From: Candidatus Fervidifonticultor secundus
GTDB taxonomy: Bacteria; Sysuimicrobiota; Sysuimicrobiia; Sysuimicrobiales; Humicultoraceae
DNA: 64,000 bases
Direction of reading: 5' to 3'
NCBI GenBank assembly: GCA_031459385.1
Contig: JAVKIP010000006.1
Location: 1 to 64,000, forward strand
Part shown: positions 29,144 to 38,450 of the stretch, in pieces
Position numbering within the stretch: position 1 is the stretch's first letter
How the letters are laid out: each line of letters begins with the position of its first letter
The notes under the pieces: generated by a model
Told to the model about the DNA's origin: nothing
What the model saw: the letters and a program-made list of their open reading frames with translations, nothing else
Database searches by the model: none
Position numbers and translations under genes: made by a program

Positions 29144-29896
29144 TCAGCGTTCGGCCTGCAGCGCCGCGCGCGCCACCTCGGCGGCCGCCGGCACCCGCAG
29201 GCCCTCGGCGGCCAGCACCTGGGCCAGGGCGCCCAGCAGCAGCACGACGTGGCGGGCCTGGGAGGAATGGCCCATGAGCCCGATGCGCCAGATTGTCCCG
29301 CGCAGCTGCCCCAGCCCGCCCGCGATCTCGATCCCGTAGTCGTGCAGCAGCCGGGCGCGCACGCGCTCGTCGTCTGCGCCGGCGGGCACGCGCACCGTGG
29401 TTAGCGTGGGCGCCCGGTCGGCCTCGGGCACGAACAGCTCGAGCCCCAGGGCCTCCAGCCCGCGCCAGAGCATCCGCGCGTGCCGGTGGTGGCGCGCCAC
29501 CCGCGCCTCGACGCCCTCCTCGACCACCAGCCGCAGCGCGGCGTGCAGCGCATACACCAGCGGCACCGGCACCGTGTGGTGGTAGACGTGCAGCGGGCCC
29601 CAGTACTGCCACAGCGCCTCCAGGTCGAGGTAGCCGGCCGTGCACACCACCAGCAGCGCCTCGTCCGCCAGCAGGTGGCGCAGCGTGGCCTCCATGCCCG
29701 CGGTCCCGGTGCCGGAGACCGGGAGCGTCAGCTCGTTGCGGGTCTGAAAGACCCGGCGCAGGAGGCCGACCGTCTCGTCCAGGAGCGGCACGAGGGCGGG
29801 ATCCATGTGCCCGCACTGGGGCCGACTCATGGCCTCGACGACGGCGGGCGGGAGCAGGCTCGGGCCGGGACCCAGCAGGACGCGCTCGGACGACAT
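29144..29896 (-). pseudogene. Alanine/serine-glyoxylate (class V) aminotransferase with in-frame internal deletion
   Basis: LLGPGPS, SGTGTAGMEA, YHHT.P, IEIAGGLG, WRIGLMG present; VCTAGY is joined directly to LDLEALWQYW near 29631; the HxETSTG, VD and QK (PLP-lysine) region is absent. Confidence 0.8.
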
Positions 29897-29928
29897 GGCC
29901 GGAGGTGTCGTTCGCCGTGCCGGACCGA

Positions 29929-31380
29929 TCACCTACCCGTCACGCGGCTCGCCGCCCGCTCGACGGCCAGGGCGTAGAGCGCGGCGTACCGCTCCGCCGC
30001 CCGGTCCCAGGAGAAGTCGAGGCGCATCCCGGTCTGCTGCAGCCAGCGCCACAGGCCGGGATCGCGGTAGGCGGCCAGCGCGCGGCCGACCGCGGCGAGG
30101 AACGCCTCGACGGTGTACGCGTCGAAGACGAAGCCGTTGGCCCGGCCCTGCTGCAGGGTCTGCGGCGTCAGGTCCACCACGCTGTCGGCGAGGCCGCCGG
30201 TGCGCCGCACGACCGGGACGGTGCCGTAGCGCAGGCTGTAGAGCTGGTTGAGCCCCGACGGCTCGAAGCGCGATGGCATCAGGAAGATGTCGGCACCGGC
30301 CTCGATGCGGTGCGCCAGCCCTTCGTCGAAGCCGATGCGCACCCGCACCTGCGCGGGCCAGCGGCGTTCGGCCCGGCGCAGCGCCGCCTCCAGCGCGGCG
30401 TCGCCGGTACCGAGCACGACGAGCTGCGCGCCGGCCCGCACCAGGGCCGGCAGGGCTTCGACGACGAGGTCGATCCCCTTCTGGGGGACCAGCCGGGCGA
30501 TCACGGCCAGCAGGGGCGCCTCGGGCGCATCCGGCAGGCCGACCTCGCGCTGCAACGCGGCCTTGCAGCGCGCCTTGCCCGAGAGGTCGTCGGCCGAGTA
30601 GGTGGCCACCAGGTAGGGATCGGTCGCCGGATCCCACTGCGTGTAGTCCACGCCGTTGAGGACGCCGAACAGATCGGCGCTCCTGGCGCGCAGCAGCCCG
30701 TCCAGGCCCATCCCGTGCTCGGGCGTCTGGATCTCGCGCGCGTAGGTCTCGCTCACCGTGCTCACGAGATCCGCCCAGACTAGCCCTGCCTTGAGCACGT
30801 TCACGCGGCCGTGGTACTCCACGCCGTCCATCGTGAACGCTTCAGCCGGCAGGCCGGTGAGGGGGAACTCTCCGATGGGGAAGATTCCCTGGTGGGCCAG
30901 GTTGTGCACGGTGAACAGCGTCGCCAGCCGCGGCCCCTCCCACCGCACGTAGGCAGGCAGCAGCGCCGCGTGCCAGTCGTGGCAGTGCGCGAGGTCAGGC
31001 GCCCACACCTCGCGGAGGACGGCCAGCGCCGCCCGGCAGAGGAAGGCGAAGCGCAGCAGGTTGTCGGGGTAGTCGCGGCCGCCCTCGCCGTAGATACCGG
31101 GCCGGTCGTACAGGGCAGGTGCATCGACGAACCAGAACGGCACCTCGCCCGGCGCGCGGCCCTCGAGCAGTCTCCCCTCGACCACCTGACCGCCGAGCCG
31201 GGCGTGCAGCGGGCACACCGCCGCCAGGCCGTCGCGTGGGGTGCCGCGGTAGCACGGCATCAGCACGCGCACATCGTGCCCCAACCGTCGCAGCGCCGCC
31301 GGCAGCGCGCCGGCCACGTCGGCCAGCCCGCCGGTCTTCGCGAACGGCACCGCCTCGGCGACGCAGAACAGCACCTTCAT
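29929..31380 (-). CDS. glgA: Glycogen synthase
   Basis: AEAVPFAKTGGLADV, HCHDWH, TVHNLAHQG, MPSRFEP.GLNQLY. Confidence 0.95.
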   Translation of the reverse strand: MKVLFCVAEAVPFAKTGGLADVAGALPAALRRLGHDVRVLMPCYRGTPRDGLAAVCPLHARLGGQVVEGRLLEGRAPGEVPFWFVDAPALYDRPGIYGEGGRDYPDNLLRFAFLCRAALAVLREVWAPDLAHCHDWHAALLPAYVRWEGPRLATLFTVHNLAHQGIFPIGEFPLTGLPAEAFTMDGVEYHGRVNVLKAGLVWADLVSTVSETYAREIQTPEHGMGLDGLLRARSADLFGVLNGVDYTQWDPATDPYLVATYSADDLSGKARCKAALQREVGLPDAPEAPLLAVIARLVPQKGIDLVVEALPALVRAGAQLVVLGTGDAALEAALRRAERRWPAQVRVRIGFDEGLAHRIEAGADIFLMPSRFEPSGLNQLYSLRYGTVPVVRRTGGLADSVVDLTPQTLQQGRANGFVFDAYTVEAFLAAVGRALAAYRDPGLWRWLQQTGMRLDFSWDRAAERYAALYALAVERAASRVTGR

Positions 31381-32741
31381 GCGTGCGGGGCCGGGGCGAG
31401 CAGGCCGAGCCACAGGTCGTTCACGTTGGTCCGCGTCGGCCCGGTGATGATCAGGTCGCCGAGCGCTGCGAAGAACGGGTAGGTGTCGTTCTCGGCCAGC
31501 GCCCGCGCGGCGTCCAGCCCCGCGGCGCGGGCGCGCTCGAGCGTGGTGCCGTCCACCACCGCGCCGGCGGCGTCGGTGGGCCCGTCGGTGCCGTCGGTCC
31601 CCAACGCGGCGACCAGCGCCTGCGGCAGGCCGTGCAGGGACCACGCCGCCGCCAGCGCGAACTCCTGGTTGCGCCCGCCGCGGCCGCCGCCGCGCACCGT
31701 CACGGTGGTCTCGCCGCCCATCACTAGGCAGACGGCCTCGGCTGCGGCGGCCTCGCGTGCCTGGCGCACCAGGGCTCCGAAGCGCGCGCCCGCGACCCGG
31801 GCCTCGCCCTGCACCGCAACGCCGCACAGCCGCGCGCGGTAGCCCAGGGCCCGCGCCTGCTCCACCGCCGCCGCAGCCGCCAGTGCCAGGTCGCCGACGA
31901 TCACGGTCCGGGTGCGGGCGAACACAGGATCACCGGGCTTGGGCGTCTCCGGCCGCCGGCCTGCGGCGCCCGCTTCCAGGTACGCGCGCGCCGCCGCTGG
32001 CAGCTGCCCGCGCAGGCCGTACCGGTCCACCACCGCCAGGGCGTCGGCGAACGTGGTCGGATCGGGGACCGTCGGCCCCGACGCGATGGCGTCGGGGGGG
32101 TTCCCCAGGACGTCCGAGAGCGCCAGCGTGACCAGGTGGGCCGGCGCGGCGGCGCGCGCCAGCCACCCGCCCTTGATGCGCGACAGGTGCTTGCGCACGC
32201 TGTTCACCTCGGTGATGGCAGCGCCGCTGCGCAGCAACAGGTCGGTGGTGGCGATCTTGTCCTCCAGGGAGACGCCCGCCGCCGGCAGCGGCAACAGCGC
32301 GGAGCCGCCGCCCGAGAGCACCACGAGCAGCAGGTCGCCGAAGCCGGCCTGCTGCGCGATCTCCAGCACACGTCGGGCGCCGGCCTCGCCCGCGGCGTCG
32401 GGCAGCGGGTGGCCGGCTTCCACCACCTCGACGCGCTCCAGCGCCATCCCGTGCCCGTACTTCGTCACCACGAGCCCGCCGGTCAGCCGCGGTCCCACCA
32501 CGTCCGCCAGCGCCTGCGCCATGGGCGCTGCGCCCTTGCCGGCGCCGACCACCCACACCCGCTCGACCGTCCGGAGGTCGCAGGCCCATCCGGCCACGTG
32601 GAGCACCTCGTCCTCCACGCGCACCGCGCACGCCACCGCGGCGGCAGGGTCCGCGGCGGCCACGCCCGCCTCGAGGATCTGCGCCGCGTGGCGGCGCAGT
32701 GTCGCGGTCTCGCCGTGGAAGAGCGCCGCGCCGACCTTCAT
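31377..32741 (-). CDS. Glycerate 2-kinase (MOFRL family)
   Basis: GAGKGA, AGHPLPD, SGGGSAL, RKHLSRIKGG, SDV, IASGPT, GGETTV, GGRNQE, GTDGTDG, GPTRTNVND. Confidence 0.93.
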   Translation of the reverse strand: MKVGAALFHGETATLRRHAAQILEAGVAAADPAAAVACAVRVEDEVLHVAGWACDLRTVERVWVVGAGKGAAPMAQALADVVGPRLTGGLVVTKYGHGMALERVEVVEAGHPLPDAAGEAGARRVLEIAQQAGFGDLLLVVLSGGGSALLPLPAAGVSLEDKIATTDLLLRSGAAITEVNSVRKHLSRIKGGWLARAAAPAHLVTLALSDVLGNPPDAIASGPTVPDPTTFADALAVVDRYGLRGQLPAAARAYLEAGAAGRRPETPKPGDPVFARTRTVIVGDLALAAAAAVEQARALGYRARLCGVAVQGEARVAGARFGALVRQAREAAAAEAVCLVMGGETTVTVRGGGRGGRNQEFALAAAWSLHGLPQALVAALGTDGTDGPTDAAGAVVDGTTLERARAAGLDAARALAENDTYPFFAALGDLIITGPTRTNVNDLWLGLLAPAPHA

Positions 32742-33565
32742 CCCGCGGGCGCGCCGGCAGGCAGCGCCGGCCACCACGGGCCGGCCGCGTTGGGCCGCAC
32801 CGCCTCGACCCGCACGGCCACCAGCCCGTCGGCTGCCAGCGCCGCGCGCACGGTATCGCGCGCCAGCGGCGCCAGGTTGTTCACCTCGCTCAGGTGGACC
32901 AGGTGCACCGTCTGCAGCCGTCCGGTGGCGGCCGCCACGGCCGCGCGGGCCGCGGCCGCGTTGGAGAGGTGGCCGCGGGGGCTGGCGATGCGGTTCTTGA
33001 GGAACCACGGGTACGGCGAGACCGCCAGCAGCTCCACGTCGTAGTTCGCCTCGATGACCAGCAGGTCGGCGCCACGGGCGTGGTCGACCAGTTCGTCGGT
33101 GACCTCGCCCAGATCGCACGCCACAACCGCGCGTGCGCCGTCCCTGACCAGCACGAACCCCACGGGCTCGGCCGCATCATGGGGGACCGGGAACGGCGTG
33201 ACCTCGATGCCGCCGACCGCGAACGGGCGATGCGCCCGGAAGACCTCGAGGGGCGCACCGGCCAGGCTCTCCCCACAGGCCCGCAACGTCGCCTCGTTGA
33301 GCAGCACGGGGGCACCGGTGGCGCGGGCGAGGGATGCGGCACCCTTCACGTGATCGTCGTGCTCGTGGGTCAGGAGGATCGCCGCCAGCGGGATCGGCCC
33401 CGCGGCGTCCACCTCCCGCAGGAGCAGTTCCGCCGGGAGCCCGGCGTCGACGAGCACGCGCGCGCCGGCCGCCTCGACCAGCACCGCATTGCCCGCGCTG
33501 CCGCTACGCAGCACCCGCACGCGCAGGGGCATGGCGGACGATGAGGAGGACATCGACCCCGGCAC
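32738..33565 (-). CDS. MBL-fold metallo-hydrolase (YycJ/WalJ-like); start may be 33532
   Basis: SGSAGN, THEHDDH, PHDA, EANYD, YPW.LK.RI...GHLSN, HLSEVNN. Confidence 0.88.
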   Translation of the reverse strand: MPGSMSSSSSAMPLRVRVLRSGSAGNAVLVEAAGARVLVDAGLPAELLLREVDAAGPIPLAAILLTHEHDDHVKGAASLARATGAPVLLNEATLRACGESLAGAPLEVFRAHRPFAVGGIEVTPFPVPHDAAEPVGFVLVRDGARAVVACDLGEVTDELVDHARGADLLVIEANYDVELLAVSPYPWFLKNRIASPRGHLSNAAAARAAVAAATGRLQTVHLVHLSEVNNLAPLARDTVRAALAADGLVAVRVEAVRPNAAGPWWPALPAGAPAG

Positions 33566-33680
33566 CTCGGAGGGCTTCGGTGACGCGCCACGCGCTCCTG
33601 CCTGCGCCGGGCCCCAAAGACGCGGCCACAGGCAGCGCAGGCCGGGGCCGCGCGCGCAGACCGCAGGCGGCGCGGCCTCC

Positions 33681-34058
33681 CTACCCGAACCCCAGCTCCT
33701 CGAGCCGGTCCTCGTCGAGTCCGAAGTAGTGCGCCAGTTCGTGCACCACCGTCTTCCGGATCTCCTCGCGCATCTCGTCCTCGCTGGCGCACGCTTCCTC
33801 CAGCGGGCCCTGGAAGATGGTGATGATGTCCGGCAGGCGATAGGGCTCCAGCGGGCTGCGCTCGGGCAGCGGCGTGCCCTGGTAGAGCCCGAACAGCAGC
33901 TCGTCGGACTCCAGGCCGACCGCTGCGAGCTGCTCGTCGGTAGGCCAGGCCTCGATGGCCACCTCGATGTTGTCCAGCGCCCGCTGGAACTCCGGCGGGA
34001 TCCGGCGCAGCGCCTCGGCCACCAGTTGCTCGAACCGCCTGCGCGTCGTACGGACCAT
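33681..34058 (-). CDS. Zincin-like metallopeptidase (DUF1025-type)
   Basis: LFGLYQGTPLPER, PD.ITIFQ.P, TVVHELAHYFG. Confidence 0.88.
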   Translation of the reverse strand: MVRTTRRRFEQLVAEALRRIPPEFQRALDNIEVAIEAWPTDEQLAAVGLESDELLFGLYQGTPLPERSPLEPYRLPDIITIFQGPLEEACASEDEMREEIRKTVVHELAHYFGLDEDRLEELGFG

Positions 34059-34094
34059 CAAGGTGAGGATAGCACGGCACGGCGCGCCGCAGCC

Positions 34095-35627
34095 CTACGG
34101 TTCCAGCCAGTCCCGCGCGCGCTCCACCGCGCGCCGCCACCCGCGCAGCGCGGTCTCGCGCCGGCCGGCGTCCCAGGCCGGCTCGAACGTGCGGTCGGCG
34201 CGCCACAGCCGCCGCAGGGCATCGAGCGACCCGAAGGCGCCGGCGCCGAGTCCGGCGGCGTAGGCCGCGCCCAGCGACGTCGTCTCGCGCACCGCCGGCC
34301 GCACCACCGGCACGCCGAGGATGTCGGCCTGCAGCTGCATGAGGAAGTCGTTGGCCGCGGCGCCGCCGTCGACCTTGAGCACGGTGACGGGCTGCGCGCT
34401 GTCGGCCACCATGGCATCGAGCACCTCGCGGCTCTGGAAGCAGATCGCCTCCAGCGTCGCCCGCACCAGGTGGGCCTTCGTGACGTAGCGCGTGAGACCC
34501 ACGATCGCCCCGCGGGCACGCATGTCCCAGTAGGGCGCGAACAGCCCCGAGAACGCCGGCACGAAGTAGACACCGCCGGCGTCGGGCACCGACCGGGCCA
34601 GGCCCTCGGTCTCGGCTGCCGAGGCGATCAGGCCCAGGTTGTCGCGCAGCCACTGCACCGCGGCGCCGGTCACGGCGATCGACCCCTCCAGGGCGTACGC
34701 GCGCAGCGGCTCGCCACCGGCCCGGGCCACCACGTACGCGGCGGTGCCGAGCAGGCCGCGGGTGCTCCAGGCCGGCCGGGCCCCGACGTGCTGCAGCAGG
34801 AAGGAGCCGGTTCCATAGGTGTTCTTGGCCTCGCCCGGCGCAAAGCACGCCTGGCCCACCAGGGCGGCCTGCTGGTCGCCCAGGATCCCGCACACCGGCA
34901 CGCGCGCGCGAAAGGGGCCAGCGGGCGAGGTGACGCCGTACGGCTCCGCAGGCGCCGACGGCCGGATCGCCGGCAGCGCGCCGGGCGGCACGCCGAAGCG
35001 GTCGAGCAGCACAGGGTCCCAGGACAGCGTCTCCAGGTTGCACAGCAGCGTGCGCGACGCGTTGGTCGGGTCGGTCACGTGCGCGCCGCCCGCGGGGCCG
35101 CCCGTGAGGTGCCAGGTGAGCCAGGTGTCGATCGTGCCCAGGCGCAGGTGCCCGGCGGAGGCCAGCGCGCGGACCTCGGGCACGCGCTCGAGGAGCCAGC
35201 GGATCCTCGTGGCCGAGAAGTACGTGCTGATCGGCAGGCCGGTGCGCCGGCGAACGTCGTCCTCCCAGCCGGCGTCGATGAGCGCCCGGCAGTCGGGCGC
35301 GGTGCGCACGTCCTGCCAGACGATGGCGTTGTACAGCGGCCGCCCGGTGCGCCCGTCCCAGGCCACGGTGGTCTCGCGCTGGTTCGTGATGCCCACCGCC
35401 AGCAGGTGGCCGGGGGGCGCCGCTGCCAGCGCCTCGGCGACGACGGTCTGCGTCCGGTCCCAGATCTGCGCCGGGTCGTGCTCGACCCAGCCCGGCTGCG
35501 GGAAGAGCTGGTCGTGCTCGCGGTAGGCGGAGGCCACCGCGCGCCCCGTGAGGTCGAAGAGCATGCACCGCGTGCCGGTGGTGCCCTGATCGATGGCGGC
35601 CAGGTACTCGCTGCTCGCTCCAGCCAT
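34095..35627 (-). CDS. glpK: Glycerol kinase
   Basis: AIDQGTT, GITNQRETT, AIVWQD.RT, TD.TNASRT, GDQQAAL, KNTYGTG, YALEGS, VDGGA. Confidence 0.95.
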   Translation of the reverse strand: MAGASSEYLAAIDQGTTGTRCMLFDLTGRAVASAYREHDQLFPQPGWVEHDPAQIWDRTQTVVAEALAAAPPGHLLAVGITNQRETTVAWDGRTGRPLYNAIVWQDVRTAPDCRALIDAGWEDDVRRRTGLPISTYFSATRIRWLLERVPEVRALASAGHLRLGTIDTWLTWHLTGGPAGGAHVTDPTNASRTLLCNLETLSWDPVLLDRFGVPPGALPAIRPSAPAEPYGVTSPAGPFRARVPVCGILGDQQAALVGQACFAPGEAKNTYGTGSFLLQHVGARPAWSTRGLLGTAAYVVARAGGEPLRAYALEGSIAVTGAAVQWLRDNLGLIASAAETEGLARSVPDAGGVYFVPAFSGLFAPYWDMRARGAIVGLTRYVTKAHLVRATLEAICFQSREVLDAMVADSAQPVTVLKVDGGAAANDFLMQLQADILGVPVVRPAVRETTSLGAAYAAGLGAGAFGSLDALRRLWRADRTFEPAWDAGRRETALRGWRRAVERARDWLEP

Positions 35628-35729
35628 CCTGCGCTAGGCCCTCCCGCGCCCGGTCGCCCCTCTTGCGGGCCGGCGCGCTCTTGTGGCAATCAAAATAGCA
35701 GGGGAGATTCGCGTGATGGAGGTATGGCC

Positions 35730-35903
35730 ATGCCCGTGCGTCTTCAAGTGCGCGACGCCGCAGCCGAGGCGCGCCGCGAGGTCTCGCGGATCGCCAAGGA
35801 GCTGGAGTCTCTCTCCAAGTACCCGTCCAGCGAGGACCTGGCCAAGCATCTCAAGGCGCTGACGAAGGCCCTGGACCGGTTCTTCGCGGAAGTGGCCGGC
35901 TAG
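35730..35903 (+). CDS. Small (57 aa) helical hypothetical protein
   Basis: GGAGG 7 nt upstream of ATG 35730; fills the glpK-solA gap; natural composition MPVRLQVRDAAAEARREVSRIAKELESLSKYPSSEDLAKHLKALTKALDRFFAEVAG. Confidence 0.7.
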   Translation: MPVRLQVRDAAAEARREVSRIAKELESLSKYPSSEDLAKHLKALTKALDRFFAEVAG

Positions 35904-35935
35904 CCCCTGCGGCATGCCCGCGGCGCCCGGCCGCA

Positions 35936-37063
35936 TCAGCCCTGGAACCGGGTCGCGCGGAACAGGCGCAGGTCGAAGGCGCTGCCGCCCTCGAGGGCGA
36001 GGTCGGCCATGATCTCGCCGACCACGCTGCAGAACTTGTAGCCATGGCCCGAGAACCCCGCGGCCACGCACACCCGCGGGGCGCCCGGCAGCGTGTCGAG
36101 GATGAAGTGCTCGTCGGGCGAGTTGGTGAACAGGCACGTCTTCAGCGCCATGGTCGGGCCGTCGGCGTCCGGGAAGTAGCGCCGCAGCCCCTCCCGCACC
36201 ACGGCCTCGTCGGCGGCGGTGACGTCGCGCCCGACGGTGTCGGGATCGACCTGCTCGTGCCGGTGATGGTACCGACCGATCTTGAACCCGGGCACGCCGA
36301 AGACCGGGAAGCCGTAGAAGCGGCCTTCCGGCGCCTCGAGGTTGAAGACGGGAAACGCGCCCAGGCGGAACAGCGCCGGCCGGCGCGGCTGCGCCCACAG
36401 CAGCACCTGGCGCTCGGGCACCGCCACCGGCGCCAGCACCGGCACCAGCCGGCCCACCCACGGGCCCGCCGTGATCACCAGGCGGCCGGCGCGGTAGACG
36501 GCGCGCTCGGTGCGCACCTCGACCTGCAGGCCGTCGGTCTCCCACCCGAGCACACGCTCGCGGGCGTGCACCTCAGCGCCGGCGGCTTGCGCCAGCAGCA
36601 CGTGCGCCACGATCGCCCGCTCTGACAGCACGAACCCGCCGTCGGGCTGATAGACGGCGACCATCTCCGGCGCCAGGCGGTAGCCGGGATACCGGCGGGT
36701 CAGCGCGGCGGCGTCAAGCACCTCGTGCGGGAGGTGGTGCAGCGCACAGGAGCGCAGCGAGCCCTCGATCGTGACGCTGCCCGGCAGCCCGGCGTCGATC
36801 CCTCCGGTGATGTAGAGCAGCGGCTCGCCGAACCGGTGCTGCAGCTCGTGCCATAGGGCGTACGCACGGCGGAGCAGCGGGACGTAGGCCGGGTCCTCGA
36901 AGTAGGCCAGGCGGATGATCCGGTTGACCCCGTGGGAGGAGCCGCGGTCGTGGGGAATGTCGAACTGCTCGAGCCCCAGCACGCGGGCCCCGCGTGCCGC
37001 CAGGTGGTAGACCGCCGCGCTGCCCATCCCGCCGACGCCGATCACGATCACATCGTAGGTCAC
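35936..37063 (-). CDS. solA: N-methyl-L-tryptophan oxidase / monomeric sarcosine oxidase
   Basis: VIGVGGMG, GSSHG..RIIR, C.FTNSPDEHF, GFSGHGYKF. Confidence 0.9.
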   Translation of the reverse strand: MTYDVIVIGVGGMGSAAVYHLAARGARVLGLEQFDIPHDRGSSHGVNRIIRLAYFEDPAYVPLLRRAYALWHELQHRFGEPLLYITGGIDAGLPGSVTIEGSLRSCALHHLPHEVLDAAALTRRYPGYRLAPEMVAVYQPDGGFVLSERAIVAHVLLAQAAGAEVHARERVLGWETDGLQVEVRTERAVYRAGRLVITAGPWVGRLVPVLAPVAVPERQVLLWAQPRRPALFRLGAFPVFNLEAPEGRFYGFPVFGVPGFKIGRYHHRHEQVDPDTVGRDVTAADEAVVREGLRRYFPDADGPTMALKTCLFTNSPDEHFILDTLPGAPRVCVAAGFSGHGYKFCSVVGEIMADLALEGGSAFDLRLFRATRFQG

Positions 37064-37091
37064 GGCTCCGCCCGCCCGTGCGCGCGCCGGC

Positions 37092-38225
37092 TTACATCAG
37101 CGCCTGGCGCAGACGATGGCCCACCACCTCGACGTCACCATCGTCCAGGGTGTGCGCCGCCAGCACCAGTTCTTCTCCCTCGACGCGCACGCGGATGCTC
37201 GGGTCGCCCGCACGCAGGGCCTGCTCCACCCCGGCGGCGGTGGTCCCCGCGCGCGCCCCGTCGAGGCGCACGACGAGCCGCTTCCAGGGCGAGGGCTGCT
37301 CCCAGACGACCTCCGCGCTCACCCCCGGGACGCCCTCGATCGCGGCCGCGATAGCCCGCAGGCGCCGCTCCTGGTCGGCAAGACGCGCCTGGTGGTCCAG
37401 GGCGAACCACTCCTCCAGCGCGACGACCGTGGCGATCACCTCGTGCCGGTCGACCTTGTAGCCGCGCCCGATGGCGTGGTTGTCCGCGCTCTCGTACGCG
37501 ATGAAGTTGTTGAGGACGACGGCCTCGACCGCCGCGCGCGTGCCGCACACCACGCCGGTCGAGTTGGTCGAGCCGAAGTACTTGGCGCCGAAGCACACCA
37601 GGTCGGCGCCGCTGCGCCCCGCCAGCCAGGTCATGCGTTCCAGCGGGTACACCTCCGCCGCCGCGTCGACCAGCACCGCGACCCCGCTGCGGCGCGCTAT
37701 CGCCACCACGTCGGCGAGCGGCAGCACGCCGGGCGTGCCCTCGGCCTTGGCCAGGTACAGGATGCCCGCCGTGCGCGGGCCGATGGCGGCCTCGAGCTGC
37801 GCGGCGGTCGCCCCACGCGCGTCACCCACGGGCACGAGCCGGCCGCCCACCACTGTCGGCGCCCGGTCGTAGTGATAGCGCGTGGCGGCCTGAATCAGGA
37901 ACTCGTGGCGCAGGCCGTCGGTGACGGGCAGGCGGGCGATGCGCGCGGGATCGGTGCCGGTCATGATGGCCGCGGCCCCCAGCGCCAGCCCGGCGAAGCA
38001 CCCCGAGGTCACCACGGCCGCCTCGGCGCCCAGCCGGGCGGCGAGGGCGCGGCCGGAGCGGTCCAGCAGCTCCGCCATGTCCACGAACGCGTCGTTGGCC
38101 GCAGCCATGGCGCCCAGCACTCGCGGCGACAGGCGCGATCCGCCCAGCAGGGTCATGTTGCCGCAGGCGTTGATAGTGCGGCGGACTCCCAGCATCTCGT
38201 ACACGTCTGTCGTCGCGCGGTCCAT
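37092..38225 (-). CDS. SelA-like PLP-dependent enzyme
   Basis: INACGNMT.LGGS, VDAAAE, DLVCFGAKY, IGRGYKVDRHE. Confidence 0.8.
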   Translation of the reverse strand: MDRATTDVYEMLGVRRTINACGNMTLLGGSRLSPRVLGAMAAANDAFVDMAELLDRSGRALAARLGAEAAVVTSGCFAGLALGAAAIMTGTDPARIARLPVTDGLRHEFLIQAATRYHYDRAPTVVGGRLVPVGDARGATAAQLEAAIGPRTAGILYLAKAEGTPGVLPLADVVAIARRSGVAVLVDAAAEVYPLERMTWLAGRSGADLVCFGAKYFGSTNSTGVVCGTRAAVEAVVLNNFIAYESADNHAIGRGYKVDRHEVIATVVALEEWFALDHQARLADQERRLRAIAAAIEGVPGVSAEVVWEQPSPWKRLVVRLDGARAGTTAAGVEQALRAGDPSIRVRVEGEELVLAAHTLDDGDVEVVGHRLRQALM

Positions 38226-38450
38226 GCTCGCCTCCATGCGTCCAGGCGTCCGGTGGGATCGGGCCAGATGCGGCCACCGCAGGCTGTAATTACACCGTCG
38301 CCCCGCGGTACCTGCCGGGGCGAATGCGCCCGTGAGCCGTGGGCACAGCCGGCGACCACGGCAGAAGACCACCCGGACGGCGGGCAGACGTGCGCCAGAT
38401 GCGCTGCCGCAATCGGAACGTGCGAACTGGGTGCGGTCGGCCGCCCGGGA

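Noticed and set aside
33489..35729. 804-aa plus-strand ORF and similar long ORFs (e.g. 20563-22899, 37116-39491, 43301-45532)
   Set aside because: Antisense or off-frame shadows of well-supported genes, expected in high-GC DNA; Arg/Pro/Gly-rich with no motifs
37092..38225. Selenocysteine synthase selA
   Set aside because: Shorter than true SelA, no selB/selC/selD nearby; fits the SelA-like PLP family
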